Source: Cladosporium halotolerans
Taxonomy: Eukaryota
Direction: 5' to 3'
Assembly: GCF_011745625.1 (NCBI RefSeq)
Contig: NW_027191456.1
Location: 806,001 to 870,000, forward strand
Length of the DNA: 64,000 nt
Shown here piece by piece: positions 11,946 through 23,509 of this stretch; the first letter of the stretch is position 1; each line of letters opens with the position of its first letter. The position numbers and the translations under genes are program-made. Under the pieces are notes generated by a model. That model searched no databases and was not told the origin of the DNA. It was given only the letters and a program-made list of their open reading frames with translations.

Positions 11946-13155
11946 TGTAACGTGACGGGAGCTCAGAATATCTATTGAAGCTGTGAAAGCGAGAGGGTCG
12001 CATAGAGGAAGAGGGACATGTTCAATGATTTGCTTGCAGACTTCCGCGAGGGACTCTAGTTAGCTCATGTTGTTGATCATAATCGTACTTTGAAGCATTG
12101 TTCTTTGATGGTTCGTGATGAGTAGTTTTACCTGTGTTCCTAGTCCATATGGCCCACCGCTCTTCGATTTTCCACTGCACATCCCTCTGTGGAGTCGTTG
12201 TCACCTTCTCCTCCCGACCAATAACGACTGCCGGCATCTGCTCCCACACTGCTCCTTTCCCGTCGAGCCTAGCCTTCCTCCATCCACTTCAATTCGACAT
12301 CATACTATTTCAGTGTTAATACTGTTTCATACGTCTCTCTTGCTCTTCTAGATAATCTCCGAAGACGATGAGTTCATGACGACCCTAACCCTAGTAACCC
12401 TAATATTCTCTTCCAAGTATGTACAACATCACAGGGGTTGAAAATGCTCCCTCGCCGTAGAAGAAGGACCGCATACGCCTCAAGAACAGATGTCAGAGCG
12501 TGGCCTATCTATGTGATTGACTGTCTCAATGAGAGCTCACCGTGGGGGCGCGAGCGAGGTATGCGTCAGGTTCATCTCAGCGAGCAAACTCGGAGCAATC
12601 GACGGTGATGAGTCCCACAGAGATATCGGCCATGATGGCCAGGACGCAGGGAAACGATTACGATAATAACTGATCGTACGATCGAGAATACTCCTAAGAG
12701 AACACAGTGGGTCACTGATCCCGATATCACACCTCAATGTCTTGATAATCGCAAACAACAGCATCGATCGTGCAGGACTGGATCCGTCGTGATGCCTACA
12801 GATATCATGCAATAAAGTACACATTATTTACTGTTTATGTCTACGAGCCTGCTATACTCGCTGATGTGATCTTCCGCTCCAAGTTGGACATCACGCTTCG
12901 GAGGTCGAAATGAGCAGCTACCGACGAGGGAAACACAGCATGCCGAGCAAGCCGAGCTCAATCGAGCGCGGCATGCTCACAGATCAGATGCCTGCAAAGA
13001 CAAGACCATACTCTGCATGGTTACTACGACGCGACCCTCATATACCCAGCCCGTATCATTTTGAGGTCTGAAAAAAGACGAGACGGAAAAATGTTCTCCT
13101 CAATTGCGAGTGCAAATCGACGTTAGAAATAACGAAAAAATGCGTAAAAAATTGT

Positions 13156-13284
13156 TGCCGGGAGTGGGATTCGAACCCACGCAGGGAAACCCTACGAGAA
13201 TGCTTCCTGTATTGAGCAGGAAAGTCGCAGCATGTGAAGTCTGCTAACTTGAGTCACGCGCCATAACCACTCGGCCATCCCGGC
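13156..13284 (-). tRNA. tRNA-Leu(CAA) with 47-nt intron (13201-13247)
   Basis: GCCGGGA TGGCCGAGTGGTTATGGC G CGTGA CT CAA G [intron] T TCTCG, long variable arm, GTGGG TTCGAAT CCCAC TCCCGGC A; 82 nt after splicing; T-run terminator downstream. Confidence 0.93.
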
Positions 13285-16200
13285 CAATTGATGACGGCAT
13301 AGCAACAAACAAAATTTATATACATAGCTCAATGCAAGCCGACGCTATCTTTAAGCCATGGTGCCGTATCGTGCGGTCGAGGGCTCAATTTGGCGCAAAT
13401 CGGAACACTGCGGACACACCCAGCGAGGCGTGAGGTCGACGGCTTATCTGGGCAAGTGAGCCGAGGGGCGCTCTCCCCACACGCCCATCTGCTCCTACCT
13501 GCGCCCATCGACACAAGGCGCACAGGACCTACTGCCACTGAGAGAGCGCACTTACAAAGCTCTCGAGTGAGGTCACACAAAATCAATTATGTGTATGCAT
13601 CATGGCAAGCCCCGCATGCGCACAGTTACACTGGATTAAATTGCAGGACTGTGCGTGTAACCCTCGGCGACCGTCAGACGCACACCTCCACGGCGAAGGA
13701 GCTCGGCAGCAGTACCGAATCCTTGTCCAAGGCCACTATTGAAGCACGGCCGCTTGCCGATGACCGCACCACAGGATGCGCTCATGGCATCGAGTAATAG
13801 CCAAGCGATGGCGGGCCTACTTTGAGATAGGCACTGCGCACGGTGCGTCTGTATTCGACTTTTCAGGAAGCGAACAAAGCATAGTATCAAGCCCTCGCGC
13901 CGAGAACCGACGGGAGGGTGCGCTGTATGCACGCTGTCAGGGGTGCATGCAGGACTACTGGCGCTGGCGGATGATCACCATTCAGGGCCATCGTTAGATG
14001 TCAAAAGCGCCACAAATACGACCACCTGCCATGCGCGTGCTGGTGCGTTATAGGATGTCAATAATATGCCTACGAGCCGAGCCACCCTCGTTGCGCTGCC
14101 GATTGCTTTCACCTGCACATAAGCGGTGTGTTTGCCGCGCATGAGGGTGTTGTGCAGAGGCATGTTTCAGGGGAGTTGTCGGCGAATGAAGATCGCAAAA
14201 GCTACACCTCGTCGCCCGGCGGTCGCACATGACTTGCGCAAACTGTCGCGCGGCCATTGTTGCGGAGGGATGGCCGAGCGCTTTCCCCATACAGGTAGTC
14301 GACACGACCGTTGACATGTGCATCGCGACATAGCCGCGCCCGACTCAAGCTCGCCCTGGACAACCGTTGGATCGGGCTGACTATCGACCGCCTCTTTGGT
14401 CTATCGAACTAGACTTTGCCGTACGATTCAGAGGCATGCTGGCATCGCCCGTAAACCGTTGACCGGAAGCCTGGGAACGAGAATCGTCGTTGAGAGCACT
14501 GGAGTGGGCGTACCACGTACGATCGTCCCAATGGTGTCAATGAGGATCAACAGACTCCATTCTGACCGTCGTGGAGCCTTCCAATGAGATGTGCCGAAGG
14601 TAGTACGATTCTGCGGCGGGCATCAGGTAGGGTTTCCATCACCAGCATTGGCACGCCCGCTTTTGCGCCATCAATGGCTGATCGGACGCACGCCCCGCTT
14701 CGGCGACGTTCGCTGGCCAGGGCACGAGCACCAAAGTGTGAGATGGGGCGGCGATAGTGGTGCGGAGGGGAGATGGGGCTAAAAGTAGTGGGTGTGTGGC
14801 GTGGCTTTGCGCTCGACTCGCAATTTGATGCACGTGTACAAGGATAAGCGAAGGCTAGAGACAGGATACGGGTCATCATACGGCACAGCAGGCTGCCCAT
14901 GCTTACATTGTCGCTGGCAATACTCCGTTGCGGCACGCATAGCGACGTTTTGCCGCGTGCATGAGCAACGGCGGAGCGTGACGGAAGCGAACCGTGGGAG
15001 CTGGCGAAGTCAACGCAGCCGATGCGTGTCTGGGCCACGCAACTGACCTACAGACGCCATGCGCCGGCGCGTCGTGCCTCTGCATGTTCTTGCCGAGAGA
15101 AACTGCCCACGCTACGCAGGTACCTGCAGCAATAATAGATTGACATAAGACGCACTAGTTTCGCATTGCAGAGGCGAGTGCGCGCAGGCCAATGACGAGC
15201 GCACCGGCAGACGATCCCTGGCGAGCATCAGGCACGAACGTCGTTTCGGCGTCGTTTCGGGCGCGCGCCGTCTGTCGTTGATAGCAGTAGCACGCGCGAG
15301 CGACCGCCGGGCCTCCACTGCTCAGTAGCAGGTGCTGCATGATTACTCGCGCTGCCCCCCAAGGCTCGTCCTCGCCCGCCGCCCCGGAGATGCAGCCGGC
15401 GCGGGTGCGTACCGTTCAACGCTCTTCGGCTCGCGGGCCCGCCGTCGGCCTCGCTTGGATCTCGCTGATGTGCATCGCAATGGCAAAGGCTCTCCAGGCT
15501 CGCAAACCTACGCGCAGCTGACTTGGGAGGGCACGAGGCATTCAGGCTCAAGAGCCGCAGCCGGATTGGTCGGCGAGCACGCAGTAGCGCGCCGGGCGGC
15601 TGCACCTAATCCGCTGGTGCATTTCAAGGCGGCAAGGGGGTTTGCCCTGCCTCCACCTCATGCGGCACCGCTCCAGGCGTTGCATGAGCTGGCCCTCGCC
15701 CACCCGCGCCGATGGAGCGAGTCCATGATACACACCGCATCGCCTAGGCCCGAAAGGCGTTTGTTGCTCATCCGCACTCCAACCTGGCGCCCGTTGCGCG
15801 CTGCTCGTTGGCCGGGGCCTGAACTCTCTTTGCCCTCCGAACACCCACTCCAGCTGGTACATCAGGTACTTGAGTCCCGTGGCAGGACGACCGCGGCCAG
15901 CCCATTCCTTGTCGCTTTCCCTCGCCGCCCCGGCTCTCTTCCTTCTTTCACGGCGATGCGATCGCCTGTGCGGCGCAATCTGAAACATTCTCTTCCCTCG
16001 GCTTAAGTGGCTCGCGCGACTACACCCTGACCTTCTCCACCTGGCCACAGCTCTTATACATGCTCGCGGCATAACACCTGGCTCGTCTGCCAATATCCCG
16101 CCTGGACCACTGGTTCACGTCTTATCTGGAACCCCACTGCAAACGCACGCTTCTCGATGGTCTTCACCTCTCCATTTAGCATCCTGCTTTAACCGTCTGT

Positions 16201-16435
16201 AATATTGCAGAGCTGCCCGTCTTACTCCGCTGGTCGGCACGGGTCTCGATTCCAAATCCCTGATCGTCAGTCCATACGCTTCGAAAAGCCGTCACTCATT
16301 GACCCTGGATGTTGTCCCACAGTCTTTACAGTTCTCTGCGATATCTCTTTTCCAAAGTTGAACGTTAAGACATTGTCTTCGTCGTGAGATCCGAGACAAG
16401 CCAAGACTGCATGGATCTTCAAGACTTAGCTCCCA

Positions 16436-18331
16436 ATGGATCACTCTCATAACGGTTCCCTTGGAGGGATCCAGTTCGAATCCACCCCGAAGCCCACTCT
16501 GCACAAGAAGAGATCTCTGGTGAAGATTCGATCTGACAGCATCAGCAAACAGCCTCGTCCCATAACGACGAGCACCATCGACACTAATGGGGCAACCTTC
16601 CACGAGGTCCGCCTCAATGCTGATTACAGGCCGGTCACCGCTAGCCAACGAAAGGGATCTCTCCGGAATGTCGTGCGCAAGATCTTTGGTAGAAGCAGAT
16701 CCAGCCGGGTCTTTCCACCAGAACCGCATCAAGCAACACCTCCACGGCACAAATACCACAAGAGCGAACCGCCTGGGATGCTTCCTGCTCCGCGAGAGTT
16801 GCCTGATACCGATCGTGAGAGGGAAGACCAAGCCCCTCATCGTGCACTTTCAGCACCCCTACATATCGAAATACCGCAAATCCACAACACTAAAGTTCGC
16901 TCACCGTATGCCGTCGAGTTCCCCAAGAGCGCAAGGCTGAAGCCACTGGACATCAGCAGCCCATTCGCTGCACCAGGACCCTCCCTTCGCCGGCGCAAGA
17001 CCTTACCGAGCATTTTGATCGCTGGTGACGACGCCCTAGCGATCGCCGCCGCGGCCAAAAAGTCGGAGACTCCACCGATGCCCGCAAGAGCAAGTGCAGA
17101 GCTCGTTCGACCAGGACCCGCCTCGGAGATCGGCGTCGCGATAAGCGGCGTAAAAGATAAGAGAAGGTCAAGAAGTGTTAGCGGCATACCCACCAGAGAT
17201 AGCGGTGTTGCCAGCGAGCCTGAACGCAAGAGAAGCGAAGAGATCCGGTTTTGGCGTGAAAGCTACCAGGGCAGTGTTCTGAGAGCGAGCGGTTTCATGG
17301 TCCCGTTCTCGGTGCCTCCGCCTGAAGAGCAAGAGCGTGACGACAAATGGCAGAGGTCGAGAGACGACGAGCAGCGCCCGTTGTCGCCCACGGCACGATC
17401 GGCTGAGAGCCCTCGTGGTATGCAAACCACCTCCCACTCGCGCCAGGACACCCTGAGAACGCTCGACGGAAGCACGCCTCTACACTTCGGCAGCAACTCC
17501 AGGCTCGAAGCGCGCACGTCACGGGATCTCGAAGATCGTGTCGCTCAACTAGAGGCGAACGTGCAATTCTTCCAGCGCTCATTGCAGAAGCTACAAGCCG
17601 ATCGCAACCGGCGGACGGTGATCGTAGGTGACAATCCGTCGACGGCAGATCAGCGCAAGAGTTACCGCACCCCAAGCATGCTCGCAGACGACCTCCACGT
17701 ACCAACGAATTATGCACGAGATGACCTGCAGCCCGAGGTTGAAGCCCCTCGACCAGCGACTGCACCACACCCTCGGTCGCCTATCGCCGAGTGTCCGCCA
17801 GTGCCTCCTCTGCCTAACCAGAGCGACAACTACTCTCCCGAGGCGTCACCCACGTTCCTTCGCCCATCAACCCCTCCGCGAAAGCCATCCAACCTTATCA
17901 CCACGAACCCAAACGTCGCCTTCAAATCGCTCTATCAAATGCTCGCCGACGAGAGGTCTGCTCGCCGTCGCTTGGAGCACCAAATGCGCGCTCTGCACAC
18001 CGAGATCCAGGATCTCCAACAACAAGTCTCCACCACGAGTTACAGCCACAGGAGCAGCTACATGCTCTCGCACGAAGCGACCGTGGCTTCTACACGACTG
18101 CGAGAGCTGCTCCGTGAGACAGAGAGCCGCGGTGGCAGCCCTGAAGACACGCCAAGGAAAACTATGTTCATCAGCCGTTTCTCAGGCAGCACCACGGGCG
18201 GCGTCCGAGAGATCGACGAGGCTGGCAACGACGACGCAGAAGAGGAAGCGCAGACGCCTTGTGAGGAGTACAAGACTCCGCAAGAGGAGCAGAGCCCGTT
18301 CAGGCTTGAGCGGGACGGCGAGATGTTCTGA
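16436..18331 (+). CDS. Hypothetical S/P/R-rich protein with two predicted coiled coils (631 aa)
   Basis: Long ATG-initiated ORF; LEDRVAQLEANVQ and LYQMLADERSARRRLEHQM coiled-coil-like segments. Confidence 0.8.
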   Translation: MDHSHNGSLGGIQFESTPKPTLHKKRSLVKIRSDSISKQPRPITTSTIDTNGATFHEVRLNADYRPVTASQRKGSLRNVVRKIFGRSRSSRVFPPEPHQATPPRHKYHKSEPPGMLPAPRELPDTDREREDQAPHRALSAPLHIEIPQIHNTKVRSPYAVEFPKSARLKPLDISSPFAAPGPSLRRRKTLPSILIAGDDALAIAAAAKKSETPPMPARASAELVRPGPASEIGVAISGVKDKRRSRSVSGIPTRDSGVASEPERKRSEEIRFWRESYQGSVLRASGFMVPFSVPPPEEQERDDKWQRSRDDEQRPLSPTARSAESPRGMQTTSHSRQDTLRTLDGSTPLHFGSNSRLEARTSRDLEDRVAQLEANVQFFQRSLQKLQADRNRRTVIVGDNPSTADQRKSYRTPSMLADDLHVPTNYARDDLQPEVEAPRPATAPHPRSPIAECPPVPPLPNQSDNYSPEASPTFLRPSTPPRKPSNLITTNPNVAFKSLYQMLADERSARRRLEHQMRALHTEIQDLQQQVSTTSYSHRSSYMLSHEATVASTRLRELLRETESRGGSPEDTPRKTMFISRFSGSTTGGVREIDEAGNDDAEEEAQTPCEEYKTPQEEQSPFRLERDGEMF

Positions 18332-18898
18332 TTTCAATTTTCGGCGCAGAGCTGGGCGGACGACTTTCATTGGGTGGCTTTCTTCCTTCCTTTCTCTTTT
18401 CCTAGGTGACACGTCTTGATACCCACACACCTTTCTCCTTTAGTTTATTAATGCTTTGATAGCCCTGCGAGACGACCAGGAGCTGTGTACACTAGGTTAT
18501 GGTGCATAGAGCTTCTTTTATGAGAATATGGTTTGATCAGATCAACTCACCCGGTTTTTTGGGTCATCTCCTGACAGTGAGGCATACATGAGGCTTGGAG
18601 ACTGGGTTGAGCCCGAACATACTTTGAGGATATGCCCTCATATCCCAAGTGACCGACCAAAGCCAAAGAGAGGTAGGTTGGCGTGTCCTCACATGCAAAG
18701 TCAAAAGCAGCCCGTTGCCTCAAGGAGCGAATAAATTGACTGGCAACTCGCGCACTCCTTCTGTTCCATTGTCATCTAGCACTATCCGAACTTGCATCGA
18801 CCATCATCAACTCAAGGAATACAGCCAGCGCTACCCTCGCCAGTCGACAAGACAATACTGCGATCAAACGGCCCACTCGTTCAAGACCAAGCCATAGC

Positions 18899-19624
18899 AT
18901 GAACAACACCTTCCCAATGGCATCCCAACACCCCTCAACCAACAACCCCCTCACCCTCTCCACCACCAACCCCACCGCGCAAGGAGAACAACAGCAACAC
19001 CCCACGCCCCCAACCCTCATGACGCTCCCCACCGAGCTCCGCCTCCAAATCCTCTCCCACGTCCTCACCGACGCCGCCGACCCATCCGGCACCATCAGCA
19101 TCGACCCGCACGCGCACAAACTCTCCAGCGCCTCCATTCCCACAGGCTTTTACCACGCCGACCGCACGCTCACGAAATGGCGCCTGCGCTGCGGCGTCCT
19201 ACACACCTGCTCCGGCCTGCGCGCAGAGGCGCTCGCTGAACTCTACCGGACGGGGACTTTCTCCGCGCGCCTTGGGGGTGTCGCTTTTCGCGAGAAGGCG
19301 TTTGGGCGGTGGGTGGAGGTTCTGGGAGACTAGGGTGCGAGGAGAGTGAGGAGGTTGGTGGTGCTTGTTGAGCTAGGGTGGTTGATCACAGAGGAGGGGT
19401 GCGTGGATTTGGGCGGGGAGATTTGTTTTGATGTGCGTGGTGGGTGGGTTGGGTTGGAGGGGTTTGGGGGGATTGGGAAGAAATTGGCGGTGCGGTTGGG
19501 GGGGTTTTGGAGGAGGGTGAGGGCTGGGAGGAGGGAGGAGGAGGGGTTGGGGGCAGAGGAGTGGAGGACTGTTTGGAAGGAGATTATGGAGGCTTCGGAG
19601 CTGTTTTGGTTGGATAAGTTGTAG
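18899..19624 (+). pseudogene. F-box-like hypothetical gene interrupted by a single in-frame TAG (19331-19333)
   Basis: PPTLMTLPTELRLQILSHVL motif; the frame continues WVEVLGD*GARRVRRLVV to a stop at 19624. Confidence 0.65.
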
Positions 19625-20016
19625 AATGGGGATTGGGATATGAGCTGTGTGTGATTTTCCTCAGAATCGGATGCTGTTTCATACAACCGGTCGCGCCTGC
19701 CTAATGAGTGCGCACGCAGTTACGCTCAATATGTTTTGCGGTTGCTGCCACATCAAGACTAGCCTCCTATCTTACTCGCCCTCATTTGTTGACCTGACAT
19801 CAGTTCACAACTATTTCTGCTTCCTCATTCACCCGCTCACTGAGCTCTGTTCACATCAAATACCGCCTTAACGTCACTGCAACCATGGATTGGCGTAGTA
19901 TGTCACATGTGACGCTAACTTCACTTCACTCACTTACTGACGTGCGCCCAGAAGCGCTCCTGCAGCCAACGCCCAAAACAGACCCGGCCGATTCAACGCC
20001 GCTGTTGCCTAACACA

Positions 20017-20898
20017 ATGTCGGTGTATCAAGCTCCCTATCCCAGTCGTGAATTTTCCATTCCCGGTGCAGCTCCCAAGGTGGCGGGCAAGGCAACGGCA
20101 GCTGTGGCAGACAAGTCGGAGACGGGACCAGGAAAAGGAAAGGGTAAGGGAAGAGGCATGGGCGCGCCGACCACCCGCAGCTTCGAACCGCGTTTTGTCC
20201 CACCGATGAAGATCCTGAAAAGGGAGACTAATCCCATCGACAACCAACTTGCAGCCGGAAACAAAGCCGCGACCAGCAACGGCAATATGCTGCTCAGCAA
20301 CATCAAAGCTCTCACAAGCAACAACACCAAGGGTGCGAAGACCTTCCATCCGGTCAAGAAGCCAGGGTCACTACCAAGAAAGGTCACCCTCATGACCCTC
20401 CCGCAAGAGCTCCGCGACCGCATCTTCTCCTACGCCTTGCGCGCGACAATTGTCTTGCGAGTCCCGCCGTATTTCCCAACAACCGAAGCCCACCCGCCGC
20501 TCTTGCTTGTCTCGCGCGAGGTCCACAGGCAAGCGAAACCACTCTTCTTCTCGGCGAACGACTTCATCGTCATCTTCGGCAAATCGGACAGCCAAGCCAT
20601 TTTCAACGGATGGATGAAACACCTAGGCAAGCACGTCATCAGGCTGAGAAAGATCCTGTTCGTAAAAGCCGACACCGCGGTCGTCATCCACGTCACGCTT
20701 GAGGATCGCAAGGCGGGCAAGATGGAGTTCCATTACAACATGCCAGCTGCGGAGGAGCTGATGGCCTCGACCAGAGAGGCGCTTGAGAAGATGCTCCCGA
20801 AGAGCGGTGGCTTTACCTCGCGCGGCCTGAAAGCGTTCTTCCACACCCTGAGCTACAAGAAGCAGGAGGCCGGGGCTGAAGACAAGTCGATGGGATGA
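20017..20898 (+). CDS. Hypothetical protein with internal F-box-like motif
   Basis: KVTLMTLPQELRDRIFSYAL..PPLLLVSREVHRQAKPLFFSANDF; start at cacaATG 20017 (upstream ATG at 19885 also possible). Confidence 0.75.
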   Translation: MSVYQAPYPSREFSIPGAAPKVAGKATAAVADKSETGPGKGKGKGRGMGAPTTRSFEPRFVPPMKILKRETNPIDNQLAAGNKAATSNGNMLLSNIKALTSNNTKGAKTFHPVKKPGSLPRKVTLMTLPQELRDRIFSYALRATIVLRVPPYFPTTEAHPPLLLVSREVHRQAKPLFFSANDFIVIFGKSDSQAIFNGWMKHLGKHVIRLRKILFVKADTAVVIHVTLEDRKAGKMEFHYNMPAAEELMASTREALEKMLPKSGGFTSRGLKAFFHTLSYKKQEAGAEDKSMG

Positions 20899-21164
20899 GA
20901 GAAAAGTAAGTGCTTGGGTAGGGCGTCCTCTGCCTTCAACTGAAGATGACCGACACGGGGTCATTCGAGCTTTCCTGAGGCGAAGACACTTGGAGAATGT
21001 CAATATCCCTCACGTCGGAAGGGAATCGGTAACTCTGGAAAGTGGTCGTGAGCTTGAAACAAACGGCATTTCTTATAATGCTTGTATCCTACAATGCGTG
21101 GCAAAACAGCCATCTCCTTGCAATCGAATAATACCAATGCAAACAGATCACCTTATTGCTCCCT

Positions 21165-21578
21165 TCAGTGTCCCTTACCGCCCCTCTCATCCTCCATACC
21201 AATCTGTACGGGCGACTCAGGGAACTCCTGCTTCGCCCTGCTCTTAGAGCTCCTCTCGTCCTTCTCACGCGTCGCAGATCCGCCTACGTCCTGTTCGCGG
21301 CCCCTGCGATATCGTTAGCCATGTTCTCTATGGTCCCAATGAGAGTCGATCACTCACTCTCTGCCGCCCTTGCTGTTGTCGGTCTGCACGTCCAGACGGT
21401 CATCCTTACGCGTCGTGTGTTGCGAGTCTGGGTACTTGTCCGTCTTGACCTCGTAATTGCCAGCTTGTCTGGACGCGACTATGCTGAAAGTGCGTGCGGC
21501 AAGAGGCTTTGAAACGGCGTTGGTGTTGCGGAGGGCGCTGGTCGCAGCGCGGCGGGAAAAGGTCAGGCTGTTGGACAT
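21165..21578 (-). CDS. Small hydrophilic protein with mitochondrial-type presequence
   Basis: Exons 21578-21358 and 21303-21165; intron GTGAGT..GCTAAC..CAG; R/S/A-rich N-terminus; ends AKQEFPESPVQIGMEDERGGKGH. Confidence 0.8.
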
Positions 21579-21970
21579 GGTTGCGGCGTGTTGCTTGCTG
21601 GATATTGACGGTGATGCTTTGATTTTTGTGAAGATGAAATTGAGAGAGACCTACAAATCCAAACACAAACAATGGTGTAATGCTCAGTTACAATCTACAG
21701 GCATCGGGCCAGGGACATCGAATGCTCCACGCAACGACGTAGGAGGAGCGTCATTGATCGAGGTCGAAGCCGCGTGATGAGCTCGTTGCTGTCAATCGGA
21801 TCGGACGCCGTTGCGGAGGCGGATCTTGCCGCTGATCCGGGCGAGATACGGGACAATGCAATAGCGACGAGAGGATTGGCAGTGCGAAATGTATTCATGA
21901 ATTGGAAAAGCCTGGTCTGAGCTGTCTGATTACTACACATGAACATCGGAAGCCTGCAGTGAGGGAACTC

Positions 21971-23509
21971 CTAACACGCTGTATTCGACCTGCGAACTTC
22001 TTTGCCATCCTGCACGGCACCAACACTCACGCAATCCTCCTCTTTCCAGCCTCTTAATTGGATCTTCGTCTCGAAACCCATCTTGCTTGCGACGCCACGG
22101 AACTTTCCATTGACATAGAGATTCCAAGATTTTACATCCGTCGCTCCGTTCCAACTGACATAGGCTGTTCCATTCTCGACCGCCACAACAGGATGCCAGT
22201 CTCTCGGCGTGCCGAACCACGCGCCTCGGAATGTCCTGTAGCTGTAACCGCGTTCCTTTTCTTCGAAGCGTGCCTTCCAGACGACACCACCGGCGGCATC
22301 ATACTCAATTATCAGTGGAACTCTGCCACCGCCAAGCAAGAAATTTCCGTTGGGCAGTGCCTGAAGTGAACCTTGGCTGTCGGCGTAAAAGCTCGTATTG
22401 AAAGGTTGTATTACTCTGGAACTCCCTTCTTTCTGGTCAACCTCAAGCAGCAACCCCTGTGTATAATTTCGGCCTTTGTCGTCTTTCATATTATGATTGT
22501 CGAACAAAGTCATCTTGAAAGTACCATCCTTTGTCAGGTTGTGGGCTCTCGCGTGATGCGCCCAACTAAAACCATGCTCATGGCCGTCGATCGTCTGCAA
22601 GACCCTGCCGCTCACGCGGTCGAGTACGTAGCTGCACCACGTGTGTCGACTGTTTATCAATAGCCGGTCCGCACCAAGTGGCTGTATGGAGTTTATGTGG
22701 AAATGGTCGAAAGGTGCCTTCTTCGTGCCATCCCCCATGTATGATGGCAACGGCAAGCGAGAATGCGCAAGAGGTATATGATTGATAGCGCTCCAAGATG
22801 AGATTACATGGCCAGTGAGCGGATCGATTTCGAAAAAGAGACTGTTGGCAAGCCATCCGTGCTTGGGTCCACCCAGAGGTGATAGATCGTAGGGAGTGTT
22901 GTTGTATGCAGTGACATATATTGTGTCAGAGCTGGTCATAATATGCTCGTGAAAGTCCAGATTGCCCGGCGCATCGTCGACGAGAGAAGTCATGGTGGCA
23001 TTTAGATCGAATTCGAATTCTTGATACTCGTTGTCAAGAAAAACCATCTTGCCATAGCCATGTCCGGGATTGGGCGCGCCAGTCGAGTAACCGTGAGAGA
23101 AGGTCAAGCACGCCTCGTTGCGATATGTCTGTGGCTTGAGATCTGAAACGTGATCGTGTCTTTCGTCAACGAAGACCAAATCGCCATCCAAAGTGTAGAC
23201 CACGGGCTTGCTACTTTCTCGGTGAGGCCCTTTTGGGGTCATGAAAAGATATTGCCCAGCCTGATCTGAAGGCTTTCCGGTGGTTCGAAGCGCTGGCGGC
23301 CTAAGCTGGGAACTCTTGAACACGAGGTGTGGCCATTCGCCATTAATTTTTCCATCTTGTTGGACCTGGAGGTGACGTTCAGCCGATTCAACAGTGACAT
23401 GCCCTAAGACATCGCCTTTCGAAGCAGCAGTGTGCAATAAGAATACGACGACCAGTAAACAGAACAAGAAAGAGGCGCTGATCACGCATGGCTCTGATGA
23501 AGAACGCAT
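21971..23509 (-). CDS. Arylsulfotransferase (ASST-like, secretory pathway)
   Basis: N-terminal hydrophobic segment; His motifs LDFHEH, DHFHINSI, WAHHAR; LFDNHN, SQGSLQALPNGN, SYRTFR, YVSWNGAT. Confidence 0.9.
   Translation of the reverse strand: MRSSSEPCVISASFLFCLLVVVFLLHTAASKGDVLGHVTVESAERHLQVQQDGKINGEWPHLVFKSSQLRPPALRTTGKPSDQAGQYLFMTPKGPHRESSKPVVYTLDGDLVFVDERHDHVSDLKPQTYRNEACLTFSHGYSTGAPNPGHGYGKMVFLDNEYQEFEFDLNATMTSLVDDAPGNLDFHEHIMTSSDTIYVTAYNNTPYDLSPLGGPKHGWLANSLFFEIDPLTGHVISSWSAINHIPLAHSRLPLPSYMGDGTKKAPFDHFHINSIQPLGADRLLINSRHTWCSYVLDRVSGRVLQTIDGHEHGFSWAHHARAHNLTKDGTFKMTLFDNHNMKDDKGRNYTQGLLLEVDQKEGSSRVIQPFNTSFYADSQGSLQALPNGNFLLGGGRVPLIIEYDAAGGVVWKARFEEKERGYSYRTFRGAWFGTPRDWHPVVAVENGTAYVSWNGATDVKSWNLYVNGKFRGVASKMGFETKIQLRGWKEEDCVSVGAVQDGKEVRRSNTAC

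Noticed and set aside
13330..16100. Many overlapping 60-220 aa ORFs (also at 49.7-52.6 kb and 60.8-63.2 kb)
   Set aside because: Mostly non-ATG starts and R/A/S-rich random translations of GC-rich intergenic DNA
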